Both the position numbers and the translations under genes were made by a program. Below, piece after piece: positions 44,788 to 55,196 of a stretch of 64,000 nt of DNA. Below the pieces are notes generated by a model. That model saw only the letters and a list, made by a program, of their open reading frames with translations. It did not search any database and was not told the origin of the DNA. How positions within the stretch are numbered: the stretch's first letter is position 1; each line of letters opens with the position of its first letter. Source of the stretch: Methanobacteriota archaeon. GTDB lineage: Archaea > Thermoplasmatota > Thermoplasmata > SG8-5. The DNA lies in NCBI GenBank assembly GCA_013791785.1, contig VMTD01000061.1, positions 898 through 64,897 of the forward strand, read 5' to 3'.

Positions 44788-45780
44788 TTGGACAAATGCA
44801 TGGACTGCGATGGCAGAACAGTCAAACTGTACGTCAACACCGAAATATTTGGCATTAGAATGATAGCCATGATTGTTACAGGATTCGTTCTATTAATCAT
44901 CTGGTCGCTCCTGGACTTGTTCGATAACATGTTCCTGGATGTTTTCATCGGCGCACTTATTCTTTCGGCTATTATATTCGGGGGAACGTTCTATATTTAC
45001 AACAAGCAGAAACCCATACTCGATGCGGCCCGGGAGAGGGGACGCAAGTTATACTCGGAACACATTCGGGAGTATGATGCGGGTGAGATAATCATCGATC
45101 ATTGCATGCCGCTCCCGGCAACCCAGTATCCCTGGGGCATCAGAAACATCCACAGACTGCGCATTGCCCTTGTTGTGACCATTATCCTTACCCCAATGCC
45201 GATGTTACTCGGTTTGTTTGTCTTGAGATCCGCGACTTCATCCGGAACCCTGGCCATCTCTTTCCTGACGACTGCTTTCATCGCGGTTGCCATATTCATA
45301 CATATCGAATACAGCCCGGCAAAAAAGCATTATGAACTTATCAAAGCCCTGAACCTCAAACCCGACGAGGTCAAAAAAAGCTTCAAATCCCTCACAGTGA
45401 AAAGCAATATTTACGGAAATTTCGAGCTCAAATATGACTCTGATTACGGGTACCATCTCAGAATGGCCCTGGACTCGGATATTGCAAAATCCGTTCCGGA
45501 AATGGACATCTGGACAAGGCCGAATTTTATTTCCAAATTCAGGAATAAGACCGCGAATCAGGCAATCAGATTTCAATGGATGAATTCGTCTCAGCTCGAA
45601 GCAATCAAGAGCCTCAAACAGATCAAGGTAGAGAATGTTTTTCATAACAAAATGCTATTTGCCGCCCTGGACAACAAGGCATTGTACTCCGAGACAGGGG
45701 ATATCGTTCTGGTGGTGCGCCTGCTCAGGGAGACAAAGAGCAATCTGGAGTCTGAATACGCGGACCGGCTGAACAAATGA
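44788..45780 (+). CDS. Hypothetical membrane protein (AT-richer than its neighbours).
   Basis: N-terminal CxxC, several TM helices and no recognisable domain. Confidence 0.35.
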   Translation: MDKCMDCDGRTVKLYVNTEIFGIRMIAMIVTGFVLLIIWSLLDLFDNMFLDVFIGALILSAIIFGGTFYIYNKQKPILDAARERGRKLYSEHIREYDAGEIIIDHCMPLPATQYPWGIRNIHRLRIALVVTIILTPMPMLLGLFVLRSATSSGTLAISFLTTAFIAVAIFIHIEYSPAKKHYELIKALNLKPDEVKKSFKSLTVKSNIYGNFELKYDSDYGYHLRMALDSDIAKSVPEMDIWTRPNFISKFRNKTANQAIRFQWMNSSQLEAIKSLKQIKVENVFHNKMLFAALDNKALYSETGDIVLVVRLLRETKSNLESEYADRLNK

Positions 45781-45885
45781 ACAATCGGAATGGTTCATAT
45801 TTTTTCGCAGATATTAATTGGAAAGAGTTATATAGACGTTCTGATATTGATTAGACAGAACCCATAAAAAAGGGGGGCAAAAATT

Positions 45886-47526
45886 ATGCAAGGACAACAG
45901 CAGCAACCGATAATCATACTGAGAGAAGGAACGGACAGGAACAAAGGAAGGGGCGCCCAGCTCAACAACATCGCGGCAGCAAAAGCAGTCGCAGATGCAG
46001 TGCGCTCAACCCTGGGACCGAAGGGCATGGATAAAATGCTCGTGGACAGCATGGGCGATGTCGTCATCACCAATGACGGCGCAACCATTCTGAAGGAAAT
46101 CGACATCGAACACCCAGCCGCCAAAATGGTCGTGGAAGTCGCCAAAACACAGGACAACGAGTGCGGCGACGGAACAACAACCGCAGTCGTGCTGGCAGGC
46201 GAACTCCTCAAGAGGGCGGAAGCCCTCATCGACCAGAACGTTCACCCGACAGTCATAGCCAACGGATACAGACAGGCCGCGGAAGAATCCATCAACATTC
46301 TGAAGAAGCTCGGAGTGAAAGTGAATCTCAAGGACGACAAGATGCTCAGGAACATAGCCATGACCGCAATGACCGGCAAGAGTGTCGGCCACAACAAGGA
46401 ATCACTGGCCAATGTGGCAGTCGGGGCAATCAAGGCAGTCGCCGAGAAGAAGAATGGCGTCTATGTCGTTGACATCGACAACGTAAAGGTCGAGAAGAAG
46501 ATAGGCGGTTCACTGGCTGATACAAGGCTCATCGAAGGCATCATCCTGGACAAGGAAAAGGTCCATGCAAGGATGCCAACCAGCGTGAAGAACGCAAAGA
46601 TTGCGCTCATCGACACCGCACTGGAAATCAAGAAGACCGAAGTAGATGCAAAGATCCAGATTACCGACCCGGGCCAGCTCCAGAAATTCCTGGACGAAGA
46701 AGAGAAAACACTCAAGAAGAAGGCCGACATCATCAAGAAGTCCGGCGCCAACGTTGTCGTCTGCCAGAAGGGCATTGACGACCTGGTGCAGCACTTCCTG
46801 GCCAAGGATGGCATATTCGCGGTTCGCAGGGTGAAGAAGTCCGACATGGAGGCGCTGGCCAAGGCAACAGGCGCAAAGCTGGTCACCAATCTGGAAGATC
46901 TGACGCCCGCCGATCTGGGAAAGGCCGGAATGGTCGAAGAGAAGAAGATCGCTGACAGCGACATGACCTTCATCACAGGCTGCAAGGACGCTAAATCTGT
47001 TTCAATACTCATAAGGGGCGGAACAGAGCATGTGATTGACGAGGCCGAACGCGCACTCCACGACGCACTCAAAGTTACCGCAGTCGCCATGGAAGACGGA
47101 ATCGCACTTTCCGGCGGCGGCTCAATGGAGATCGAGCTTTCCCTGGCGCTGAACAAATTCGGTTCCAAGGTTGGCGGCCGTGAGCAGCTGGCCATAGAGG
47201 CTTTCTCCAAGGCAACGGAGATAATTCCGTGGACACTGGCAGAGAATGCAGGTCTTGACGCCATTGACGTCCTCATCCAGCTCAGGAGCGAGCACGAGGG
47301 CAAGAAGCGCAGGAACGCCGGCATAGATGTTATCACCGGAAAGGTCGTCGACATGCTGAAAGAGAACGTTATCGAACCCATGAGGATCAAGACCCAGGCC
47401 ATAAACGCGGCCAGCGAGGTCGCCATAATGATTCTGAGGATCGACGATGTCATCGCAGCCAGAAAGGGCGCGGGCGGACCACCGGGCGGAATGCCGCCAG
47501 GCGGAATGGGCGGAATGGATTACTAG
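45886..47526 (+). CDS. ths: Thermosome subunit (group II chaperonin).
   Basis: N-terminus [19 protein letters not shown], the ATP-binding GDGTTT motif and a C-terminal GGM repeat tail. Confidence 0.95.
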   Translation: MQGQQQQPIIILREGTDRNKGRGAQLNNIAAAKAVADAVRSTLGPKGMDKMLVDSMGDVVITNDGATILKEIDIEHPAAKMVVEVAKTQDNECGDGTTTAVVLAGELLKRAEALIDQNVHPTVIANGYRQAAEESINILKKLGVKVNLKDDKMLRNIAMTAMTGKSVGHNKESLANVAVGAIKAVAEKKNGVYVVDIDNVKVEKKIGGSLADTRLIEGIILDKEKVHARMPTSVKNAKIALIDTALEIKKTEVDAKIQITDPGQLQKFLDEEEKTLKKKADIIKKSGANVVVCQKGIDDLVQHFLAKDGIFAVRRVKKSDMEALAKATGAKLVTNLEDLTPADLGKAGMVEEKKIADSDMTFITGCKDAKSVSILIRGGTEHVIDEAERALHDALKVTAVAMEDGIALSGGGSMEIELSLALNKFGSKVGGREQLAIEAFSKATEIIPWTLAENAGLDAIDVLIQLRSEHEGKKRRNAGIDVITGKVVDMLKENVIEPMRIKTQAINAASEVAIMILRIDDVIAARKGAGGPPGGMPPGGMGGMDY

Positions 47527-47635
47527 GCCCAAAACAAAATGAATGGGCTGGCTCAATGGCCAGCCCCAATTTTCAATTTTCTCTGAATATCGGAAAATAC
47601 GGAAGAATCTATTTGTATAATATCCACCCATCCCA

Positions 47636-48583
47636 TTGCAGACCATGAACTCGGAAGATATAGAACGGTTGAGGCACGCCCACACCTTCAGCGCGGACAA
47701 GCGATACATTGAACGGCTGACCCTGGCAGTCGTGGTCATCACCCTGGTCACCATGTTTGCCGAGATTGTCTTCGGGCTTCTGACGAACTCAATGGCCCTG
47801 CTGGCAGACGGGATGCACATGGGCACGCATGCCTTTGCCCTGGTGCTGTCCTATGGCGCATACAGACTGGCAAGGAAGCATGCGGAGAATTCCAAGTTTA
47901 CCTTCGGGACATGGAAGATAGAGATACTGGGTGCTTACTCCAGTGCCCTTGTTCTGGGAATTGTGGCCATCGCAATAGCCTATGCTTCGGTCGAGAGGTT
48001 GGTCAATCCCCTGGTAATCCATTACGACCAGGCTTTGCTTGTGGCCTTCATAGGGCTGGCAGTCAATGTGGCGAGTGCGGCAATATTGAGCCGGGGCAAC
48101 CGTCACCACCATCATCATGAAAATAATGGAAATGAATCCCATGACCATCAGGACCTGAATCTCAAATCCGCGTATTTGCATGTAATAGCCGACGCCCTCA
48201 CCTCAATATTCGCAATTGCCGCGCTCCTCGGGGCAAAATACTATCGGCTGGGATGGCTGGATCCCCTCATGGGAATACTGGGTGCGACCCTTATAATAAG
48301 ATGGGGGTGGCTTCTGCTGCGGGACTCGGCACACATCCTTCTTGATTATAAGGCAGATGGTTTCCTGGCAAATGAAATCAAGAGAGCCATCGAATCAGAC
48401 GGGAGCAGCGTTATTTGCGACCTTCACCTGTGGAAGGTCGGGGATGGTGCCTACGCCTGCATAGTTTCCCTGGTATCCGACTCTGAGAGGCCAGTGGATG
48501 AGTACAAAGAGAGGCTTTCAAAGTTCCATGAGCTGGCCCATGTTACGATAGAGATAAATCTGTCCTGCAGAATCGCAAAATAA
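47636..48583 (+). CDS. Cation diffusion facilitator family transporter with a His-rich loop.
   Basis: CDF signature, six TM helices and an NRHHHHHENNGNESHDH loop. Confidence 0.85.
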   Translation: MQTMNSEDIERLRHAHTFSADKRYIERLTLAVVVITLVTMFAEIVFGLLTNSMALLADGMHMGTHAFALVLSYGAYRLARKHAENSKFTFGTWKIEILGAYSSALVLGIVAIAIAYASVERLVNPLVIHYDQALLVAFIGLAVNVASAAILSRGNRHHHHHENNGNESHDHQDLNLKSAYLHVIADALTSIFAIAALLGAKYYRLGWLDPLMGILGATLIIRWGWLLLRDSAHILLDYKADGFLANEIKRAIESDGSSVICDLHLWKVGDGAYACIVSLVSDSERPVDEYKERLSKFHELAHVTIEINLSCRIAK

Positions 48584-48616
48584 TGGAGAAGGGGCAACCC
48601 AGTTTCGGACTGCCCA

Positions 48617-48931
48617 TTACAAAGATTCCTTGGCCTTCCGTATGGTTCCGGAGGTGGTGATGGTGCTGATGCTTATCTTCACTCTGTCGTCGCCCACCTC
48701 GCTGATGCTGGTCAAAAGCTCAATGGCCTTGTCCTTGTCGCAGTGCGAGCATCGCAGAATTCCGCGATTGGTCTGGAACGCCGTTAGCCAGGGCCTGATT
48801 TCATCGGATTGGTCGAGGCCCATCTGGCTGGCGCGCCGTTGAAATTCCTTGATGAGCTCCCAGCGCTCGATTGCTCTGGGGGCGTCTATCTCGAATACAA
48901 TGTACCTGTGCCGGAACTCCTTAACACCCAT
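48617..48931 (-). CDS. rnp2: RNase P protein component Pop5 (Rpp14 family).
   Basis: RYIVFEI...GILRCSH...RVKISISTITTSGTIRKAKE matches archaeal Pop5. Confidence 0.75.
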   Translation of the reverse strand: MGVKEFRHRYIVFEIDAPRAIERWELIKEFQRRASQMGLDQSDEIRPWLTAFQTNRGILRCSHCDKDKAIELLTSISEVGDDRVKISISTITTSGTIRKAKESL

Positions 48932-48943
48932 GGTGAATCACGA

Positions 48944-50068
48944 TCAGTGGACAAAGTCCATTCCGGTTGTGCCAGCGGGTGCATCCGCGCCCATGAGTTG
49001 CGGACTCTTTACGCCGGTTATGACAACGAGAATGTTTACATCGCCGCGTATGGTGGGGTCCACTGTGCAGCCCCAGATTATGCGTGCCTGCGGACTTATC
49101 TTTGCACTGACCAGTTCAGCTGCCTGCTGGGCCTCGGAAATCGTCATGTCCTCGCCACCGACAACACGGATGAGGGCCCCTTTCGAGCCGGAAAGGTCGA
49201 TGTCACCCAGTAGCGGGGAGTTCAGTGCTTCATTGACTGCCAGTTCCACACGCTCGCGGTCGTCGTTGGACGAGCCGATTCCGACCATTGCCACGCCGCC
49301 GTTTTCCATGACTGTCATGAGGTCGCTGTAATCCAGATTTACAAGGCCGGGCTTGGTGACTATTTCGGTCATGCCCTTTATGGAGTTCATGAGTATTTCA
49401 TCTGCAACCTTGAATGCTGCGTCCAGCGGAAGTCTGGGGACCAGTTCCAGAAGCCTGTCGTTCTGAATTACGATGGTGGTGTCGCACTTGTTCCTGAGCT
49501 TGGTCAGACCTTTTATTGCGTTCTCCATCCTGACACGGCCCTCTGCCTTGAACGGCAATGTGACAACGCCCATGACCAGTGCACCGGCCTCCTTTGCGAG
49601 CTCGGCAACTACGGACGCTGAACCGGTACCGGTACCGCCGCCCATTCCGGCGGTGATGAAAACTATGTGCGCACCTTCCAGGTATGCCCTTATCTCGTCC
49701 TCGTTCTCCCTGGATGCCTGCTCTCCCACTTCCGGGAGCGCGCCGGCGCCCAGGCCCTTGGTGGCCCTTCTGCCGATGAGCATCTTCTTGGGTGCGTGTA
49801 CGTGCAAAAGGTGAGTGGCATCGGTGTTAATGGCCATCATCTGGGCGCCCACGACGCCGGTCTCGGTGAGACGGTTCACGGTATTGGAACCGCCGCCGCC
49901 GCAACCAATAATCTTCACGTTTAACTTGAGAGTTTCAACGAGCCTCTTGAGCTCCTCATCATCCGGGCTCTCGTTGTAGATACCGGTGGATTTTGTAAAC
50001 TCCTGTTCCTTCTTGTGTTCATCATGCCTAGCTAGTGCTTCTGTGATTATAGATTTCATTTGATTCAC
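48944..50068 (-). CDS. ftsZ: Cell division GTPase FtsZ.
   Basis: GGGTGTG tubulin signature and a length of 374 aa. Confidence 0.9.
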   Translation of the reverse strand: MNQMKSIITEALARHDEHKKEQEFTKSTGIYNESPDDEELKRLVETLKLNVKIIGCGGGGSNTVNRLTETGVVGAQMMAINTDATHLLHVHAPKKMLIGRRATKGLGAGALPEVGEQASRENEDEIRAYLEGAHIVFITAGMGGGTGTGSASVVAELAKEAGALVMGVVTLPFKAEGRVRMENAIKGLTKLRNKCDTTIVIQNDRLLELVPRLPLDAAFKVADEILMNSIKGMTEIVTKPGLVNLDYSDLMTVMENGGVAMVGIGSSNDDRERVELAVNEALNSPLLGDIDLSGSKGALIRVVGGEDMTISEAQQAAELVSAKISPQARIIWGCTVDPTIRGDVNILVVITGVKSPQLMGADAPAGTTGMDFVH

Positions 50069-50170
50069 CCATCCCTCGTGAATTATTTAAACCATAATGG
50101 TGTTTTATGTATTTAAAATTTAGCTGTGTATATATTAAACAACAAAAACATAATGCTGGCCATGTCTGGC

Positions 50171-51154
50171 TTACATTATTTCATCGAATATGTAATTGTC
50201 CCAGTGCCTTTTTCCGAGCAATATTTCGACCTCCGGCGGCGTGAGCACCGGCCTCGGGAATACTGCATAATCGTCTATAGCCAGCCTCGGACAGGCAGTG
50301 GAAACCCATGCATCCAGGCCAAGGTTCTCCAATTTTCCCGGGGTCACCATGTTCAACTCCACCATTACGGATTCCAATCCTGCGTCGGTCAGCATTTCCG
50401 AGATGCGGTGGGCAAGTATTTCCCTTCTCTGGCCCTGCTTGGAAGAGAGTATTATGCCGAATCGTCCGGCTTCCCTGGCCTTCTCTATGACCCCATGTCT
50501 TTGTCTGAGCATCCTGTCCCTCACAGAAGATATATCACTGATTTCGCCGCTCACCGGGTCGGCCACAATGACCGGTTTGGAAGTAACCAGCGATACGGCC
50601 AGAGCGTGAAAATTGCCTGTCCCGACGAAGAGGAATGAGTCCACCCTGTCAGAAACGGCCCTGGCACAGGAGGCATTGCAACCCAGAACCTGGCCTTCAG
50701 CGTACAACCGCGAGTCGCCCTTGCCAACCAGCACTTCGATTCCTTTGGATCTGAGAAAGATAACCATATCACCGAGAACGTGAAGATGCTGGGCTGTGGT
50801 CAGCAGTCCGATCCTTCCGCCGAGTTTCGGGAGCACTTTCTCCAGCACCGGGAACGGGTCGGCGCTGGACCTGAGCTGTATGTACAGGACGCTTTTGGGC
50901 GTGCTGAGGTTCGGTATGGGCAAGTGCCCGTAGTTAACGATGAGGTCTGCATCAGTATCCGGAATGTCGCAGGCCCCGAAGCACGGGTCGCCGGAAATTA
51001 TAACGATTGCAGAGACCCTGTCGGCAATGGCCATTGCGATTTCCGGCGCACGCCTTTTCATGCCCTCGGGAAATTGCAGCAGAACCTTGCGGCAGCCCTT
51101 ATCCCGTACGGTGGAAATGACCTTTTCAATCTCGAAATCGAAATCTTCCTGCAT
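50171..51154 (-). CDS. dph2: 2-(3-amino-3-carboxypropyl)histidine synthase Dph2 (radical-SAM-like diphthamide enzyme).
   Basis: Conserved Dph2 sequence starting MQEDFDFEIEKVISTVRDKGCRKVLLQFPEGM. The longer ORF running to 51565 is a stop-free 5' extension. The ATG overlaps the mfnA stop as TGATG. Confidence 0.8.
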   Translation of the reverse strand: MQEDFDFEIEKVISTVRDKGCRKVLLQFPEGMKRRAPEIAMAIADRVSAIVIISGDPCFGACDIPDTDADLIVNYGHLPIPNLSTPKSVLYIQLRSSADPFPVLEKVLPKLGGRIGLLTTAQHLHVLGDMVIFLRSKGIEVLVGKGDSRLYAEGQVLGCNASCARAVSDRVDSFLFVGTGNFHALAVSLVTSKPVIVADPVSGEISDISSVRDRMLRQRHGVIEKAREAGRFGIILSSKQGQRREILAHRISEMLTDAGLESVMVELNMVTPGKLENLGLDAWVSTACPRLAIDDYAVFPRPVLTPPEVEILLGKRHWDNYIFDEIM

Positions 51155-52299
51155 CACAGTTCCCCCAGAACTATTTCCAGCTCCGCGAATAAGTCGTCGA
51201 TCGAGCCCATGGTCACGTGAGGCATCATGACAAGTCTCAGGCTGGACGGATTTTGAGCAACAGATACCTTCCAGCCGCGTTGGTCCAGCATTTTCTGGAC
51301 CTTCTTCGGGTCCGGAACCCGAAGGCAGAGAATGTTCATTATCGGTTCGATGACCGGTTCCAGGCCCAGCCTCTCTGCGGATGCCAGGGCGTGGCGGGTC
51401 ACTTTCATGCAATCTTCCACAATACGAGTATAACCATCTCGTCCGAGGGAACGCATTGCCGCATAAGATGCGGCAACCGCCGCGCTGCACCTTGTCCCGG
51501 AGAGAGCGGAGAGCTGGCCAATCATATCGAGATATGGCGCGTCCTTGTGAATGGTCCTTATCCATTCCCTGTTCCTCACCAGCAGGGCGCCGGACGGGAC
51601 CGTTGACATGCCCATCTTGTGCGGATCCGCGGCAATGCTGGATACCCCGAAAATGGATAGATCGAAATCCGGAACGTCGTGGCCCAGCTCTCTCAGGAAC
51701 GGCAGAACAAAACCGCCGAAGGCCGCGTCCACGTGGAGAAAGACGTTTTCAGGCAGCATCTCCGAAATCCCGCGGATGTCGTCAACGGCGCCCAGTTCGG
51801 TGGTTCCGGCTATGCCGACCACGGCCGCGACATCGCCGTCAAGATGCCTGGCTACCTCATCAAGGTCCATAGTAAAATCATCTGTCAGGGAGACCATGAC
51901 CGACTCCATGGCCAGTATGTCACAGGCTTTGTGAAATGAAAAATGCGCACTTCTGGGAAATATCACCTTTTTCTTTCCGGTGATGTTCCTGGCAATCCAG
52001 AGAGCGGTAATATTGGCCTCGGTCCCGCCGCTGACCACGCCGCCGGCGGTATCCGCGGGACCATTCAAAAGTTGGCTGATGGCGTCTATTACCTGTTTCT
52101 CCAGGTCCAGTGTGCCCGGGTAAAGGCCGGCATTGCCCAAATTTGATTCCAGGAACATGCCATGAGCTTCTGCGGCGATATCCAACGGTTTTGTGCACAT
52201 TGAACTTATTACATGACCGTCGGAAAAATGATGGTCCCGGTCCAGGGCAGCTTCCAGCTCCAGCATGACAGTGTCACGGTTCTCGCCCTTTGCCCACAT
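51154..52299 (-). CDS. mfnA: PLP-dependent L-tyrosine/L-aspartate decarboxylase MfnA.
   Basis: Group II decarboxylase motifs SGGTEANITAL and HVDAAFGGF. The length of 381 aa is typical of archaeal MfnA. Confidence 0.8.
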   Translation of the reverse strand: MWAKGENRDTVMLELEAALDRDHHFSDGHVISSMCTKPLDIAAEAHGMFLESNLGNAGLYPGTLDLEKQVIDAISQLLNGPADTAGGVVSGGTEANITALWIARNITGKKKVIFPRSAHFSFHKACDILAMESVMVSLTDDFTMDLDEVARHLDGDVAAVVGIAGTTELGAVDDIRGISEMLPENVFLHVDAAFGGFVLPFLRELGHDVPDFDLSIFGVSSIAADPHKMGMSTVPSGALLVRNREWIRTIHKDAPYLDMIGQLSALSGTRCSAAVAASYAAMRSLGRDGYTRIVEDCMKVTRHALASAERLGLEPVIEPIMNILCLRVPDPKKVQKMLDQRGWKVSVAQNPSSLRLVMMPHVTMGSIDDLFAELEIVLGEL

Positions 52300-52302
52300 G
52301 AC

Positions 52303-53961
52303 CTACGCCCTCCCCTCTTCCAGTAGTATGCGTTTTTCCACGGAGGCGATTATGTGTTTAACTGTGTGAACTTCAGAAAGTCCAACGCAGATTATGTCGG
52401 CGGTGTGCCTAACAAGAAACTCCAGCATGCTGGGCGTGGATACCAGGTCATCGGACAATATGGCAAATGTACCGGACTTACGCTGGAACGCGGTTTCCAG
52501 GGCACCTTCCAGTGCGGGTATGGAATAGTGAAGCCAGTCACCGCCGTCGTCAGCTCCGAGCATGAGCCTTGCCAGGGAATCAAGGTCCAGAAGAAGAACA
52601 TCCGAAACAGCGGCCAGGGATTCCATGAAGAAGAGATTGCTGGGGTACATGACCTTCACCCACACGGACGGTTCGGGAAGGCCTTCGAGTGCGGTACGGA
52701 TGGTCCTCATGACCCTTGCCAGTTCCTCGGCGCTGCGTATGCCTGGGACGAGTATTCCGGGCTGCATGCCGGCTTCCGATATGGTGGTCATGGCATCGGC
52801 AAGGCGCTCCGCGGTCTCATGGCCGGTATCGCCCAGTTCGATGACCATGGTGGATACCGTGAACAACCGTTTGGTCTCGGACGCAATACCGGACAATTCG
52901 GACTTCCAGGCCCCATTCCCCAGCAGATTTCCGGAAACCAGTATTCCGTCGAGATAGGTTCCGGTCACGGTTCCCAGTTCCGCCCGGTTCCTCAGGTTCA
53001 GGAAAAGCTTGGTGGCCACCACGGGTCCCTGGGGCTGGGCCGGCTGCGCGAATTTCACAGGTTCCAGAAGGCTGAGGCTACGCTCTCTCGGCGGCATTTC
53101 TACAGTGGCGCCAGCCTCGGACATCAGGCTGGCAGAGCATATGATGGGCCTGGAGGAAATGAAACATGCTGTGCAGGAAACTATGCCGGCATTCTGCTTC
53201 ATGAATTCGATGATCTCCCCGAGACTGGATATCATCTCGTCGGCGAGTTTTTCCTCGTCGTTGAAATCGTGAGACACTTCCACCCTGGACGGACCATGTT
53301 CCTTCATGATGTACTGAAAATTCTGGGAACGCATCTCCATTCTTTCCAGATTTCCGTCCGGCGTGAATTCAAAAATGTCGCTTGACACGGTGGGGTCATG
53401 AAGTCCTTCCGGGAGTCCGAAGACCGCCCTGGCACGGATTTCCCGGTCCTTGCGCCTGAACTCCACCGAGACCTCGGAATCCATAACCTCCTTCACCACC
53501 AGGGCCGGCATATCGTTGTCTTTCAGCCTGACCATACCGGTTTTGAGCCATTTCAGCCAGCAATGCTTTACAGCATCCAGAAGGTCCTGGCCCCTGGACG
53601 CGTACACCGGCGATACATTGGCCCCGTACTTCGAGGATGTGGTGACAGAAACTGTGGAATCCAATTCGCCGAAGGCAGCCAGTATCTCCATTTCGTGGCT
53701 CCAGTCCAGCCTTGACCTCGCGAACAATGATTTTATGGCACGCCAGCTGTCCTCCGGGGTCTCCGTACCGGAATCATAAAGGTCAATGGCGGCCGTTATC
53801 TCCCCCTTCCTGAGAAAGTCCGAGAAGGCCATTGGGGTTATGACGAAACCTCTTGCCACGGGAAACCCGGCATTTGCGAAAGATGCCATGCCAGCACCGG
53901 CAGAACCGGCCGCTGACTCGTTGAGGCATCCGATGTCGCTGAAGTTCAGTATGACTGCCAT
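52303..53961 (-). CDS. PEP-utilising-enzyme family protein. It has a PPDK/PEP-synthase-like N-terminal nucleotide-binding domain and a C-terminal TIM-barrel-like domain, with no obvious central phosphohistidine swivel domain.
   Basis: N-terminus GFPVARGFVITPMAFSDFL resembles the PPDK_N region. The protein is 552 aa. Confidence 0.5.
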   Translation of the reverse strand: MAVILNFSDIGCLNESAAGSAGAGMASFANAGFPVARGFVITPMAFSDFLRKGEITAAIDLYDSGTETPEDSWRAIKSLFARSRLDWSHEMEILAAFGELDSTVSVTTSSKYGANVSPVYASRGQDLLDAVKHCWLKWLKTGMVRLKDNDMPALVVKEVMDSEVSVEFRRKDREIRARAVFGLPEGLHDPTVSSDIFEFTPDGNLERMEMRSQNFQYIMKEHGPSRVEVSHDFNDEEKLADEMISSLGEIIEFMKQNAGIVSCTACFISSRPIICSASLMSEAGATVEMPPRERSLSLLEPVKFAQPAQPQGPVVATKLFLNLRNRAELGTVTGTYLDGILVSGNLLGNGAWKSELSGIASETKRLFTVSTMVIELGDTGHETAERLADAMTTISEAGMQPGILVPGIRSAEELARVMRTIRTALEGLPEPSVWVKVMYPSNLFFMESLAAVSDVLLLDLDSLARLMLGADDGGDWLHYSIPALEGALETAFQRKSGTFAILSDDLVSTPSMLEFLVRHTADIICVGLSEVHTVKHIIASVEKRILLEEGRA

Positions 53962-54385
53962 TGCGCTACCTTAAGCGGCTTCGGGTAAAAAACGTTTTGT
54001 AGCCGCAATCAAATCGTTTGCAGAATGTCGATTGCGGAAATTCCTCACACCCGTAATCAAAAACGTATCTAAAATGTCGATTACGGAAATTTTATGATGG
54101 TGCATGATGATTAAATGGCCCATCATGGCGAACGCTCTTTTTTGTTTTCATTTAGATTTCGCATTCACCATTTGTTTGTAAAACGATTATAATTTTATGG
54201 CCCCTGGATTTAGTTTGAAAACGTTTCCGGGCCATAGGCGAATGCGATGTTTGGATATGTTCGGAACTGCATTCACCACACGTCGTAAATCGAAAATCTA
54301 CAATCTAAAATTGACAATCGCCAATGTTGCCGCTTCCGGTAAAAAACATTTTGTAGTGCGGCAACATGGACGTGTTGGTGAACCC
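53962..54385. repeat. Repeat-rich divergent intergenic region.
   Basis: Paired direct repeats: gcttc.ggtaaaaaac.ttttgtag.gc at 53976 and 54325; cgatt.cggaaatt at 54039 and 54081; gcattcacca at 54155 and 54258. A partial family B array (cgtcgtaaatcgaaaatctacaatctaaaattgacaatcg) lies at 54278-54317. Confidence 0.6.
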
Positions 54386-55168
54386 ATGACCTACAAGAGC
54401 ATCGAATTTGAAATTACGGACGGCAAGGCGGTCATCACCCTGGCCACGCCGGACAACATGAACGCCCTGGATGAGACAATGTCGGAAGAACTGGACAGCG
54501 CCCTCACCGAGTGCCAGGAAGACGATTCCGTGAAGGTAATCATACTCACCGGGAAAGGAAAAGCGTTCTGCGCCGGGGGCAATGTCAAGGCCATGGCCGA
54601 CGCGCCGGATGCCGAAATATTTCTTGAGGAACTGTCGGGCTGGATCCACAGACCGGTGCACCGCATCCAGACAATGGAGAAAGTGGTCATCGCCGCAGTT
54701 AACGGCCACGCGGTGGGCGCTGGCGCGGCGCTTGCAATGGCCTGCGACCTGCGGTATGCCTCGAAAACCGCAAAGTTCAACATGGGGTTCATGAAGATCG
54801 GCCTGGCGCCCGGTTGCGGTACGTACTTCCTGCCCAAGCTGGTGGGAAAAGCGAAGGCCAGTGAGCTAATCTACCTCTCCGAGACAATAGATGCAGATAC
54901 TGCGGAAAAACTTGGCCTGGTGAATCACGTGCTGGAGCCGGAAAAACTCATGCAGGAAGTGATGAACATCGCAGAAATCATCGGAAAAGGACCCACACTG
55001 GCAATCGGCCGCGCGAAAACATTGCTGCGGCTGAGCGACAGCAGCCGGTTGGAGGAGCATCTTGCGGCCGAGCGGCACATGATATCCATATCAGGGGCGA
55101 CAGAGGATTTCCGGGAAGGGGTTACGGCGTTCGCGGAGAAGAGGGAACCAAAGTTCGAGGGAAAGTAA
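54386..55168 (+). CDS. Enoyl-CoA hydratase/isomerase family protein.
   Basis: Crotonase motifs (LTGKGKAFCAGGNV). The start was trimmed to MTYKSIEFE. Confidence 0.85.
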   Translation: MTYKSIEFEITDGKAVITLATPDNMNALDETMSEELDSALTECQEDDSVKVIILTGKGKAFCAGGNVKAMADAPDAEIFLEELSGWIHRPVHRIQTMEKVVIAAVNGHAVGAGAALAMACDLRYASKTAKFNMGFMKIGLAPGCGTYFLPKLVGKAKASELIYLSETIDADTAEKLGLVNHVLEPEKLMQEVMNIAEIIGKGPTLAIGRAKTLLRLSDSSRLEEHLAAERHMISISGATEDFREGVTAFAEKREPKFEGK

Positions 55169-55196
55169 TTTAATCTCCGAGGAACATTAACTTCCC

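Noticed and set aside
46461-47453. 330-aa minus-strand ORF
   Set aside because: It is antisense to the unambiguous thermosome gene. It is Ser/Ala-rich and low complexity.
50171-51565. 464-aa version of the Dph2 ORF
   Set aside because: The first 137 codons are a stop-free read-through of the mfnA 3' region. The conserved Dph2 sequence starts at the ATG at 51154, which overlaps the mfnA stop.
52354-53385. 343-aa plus-strand ORF
   Set aside because: It is antisense to the 552-aa PEP-utilising-family gene, which has recognisable domain similarity.
53962-54385. Replication origin (oriC)
   Set aside because: No orc1/cdc6 gene is adjacent. There is no ORB or mini-ORB-like consensus and no pronounced AT-rich unwinding element.
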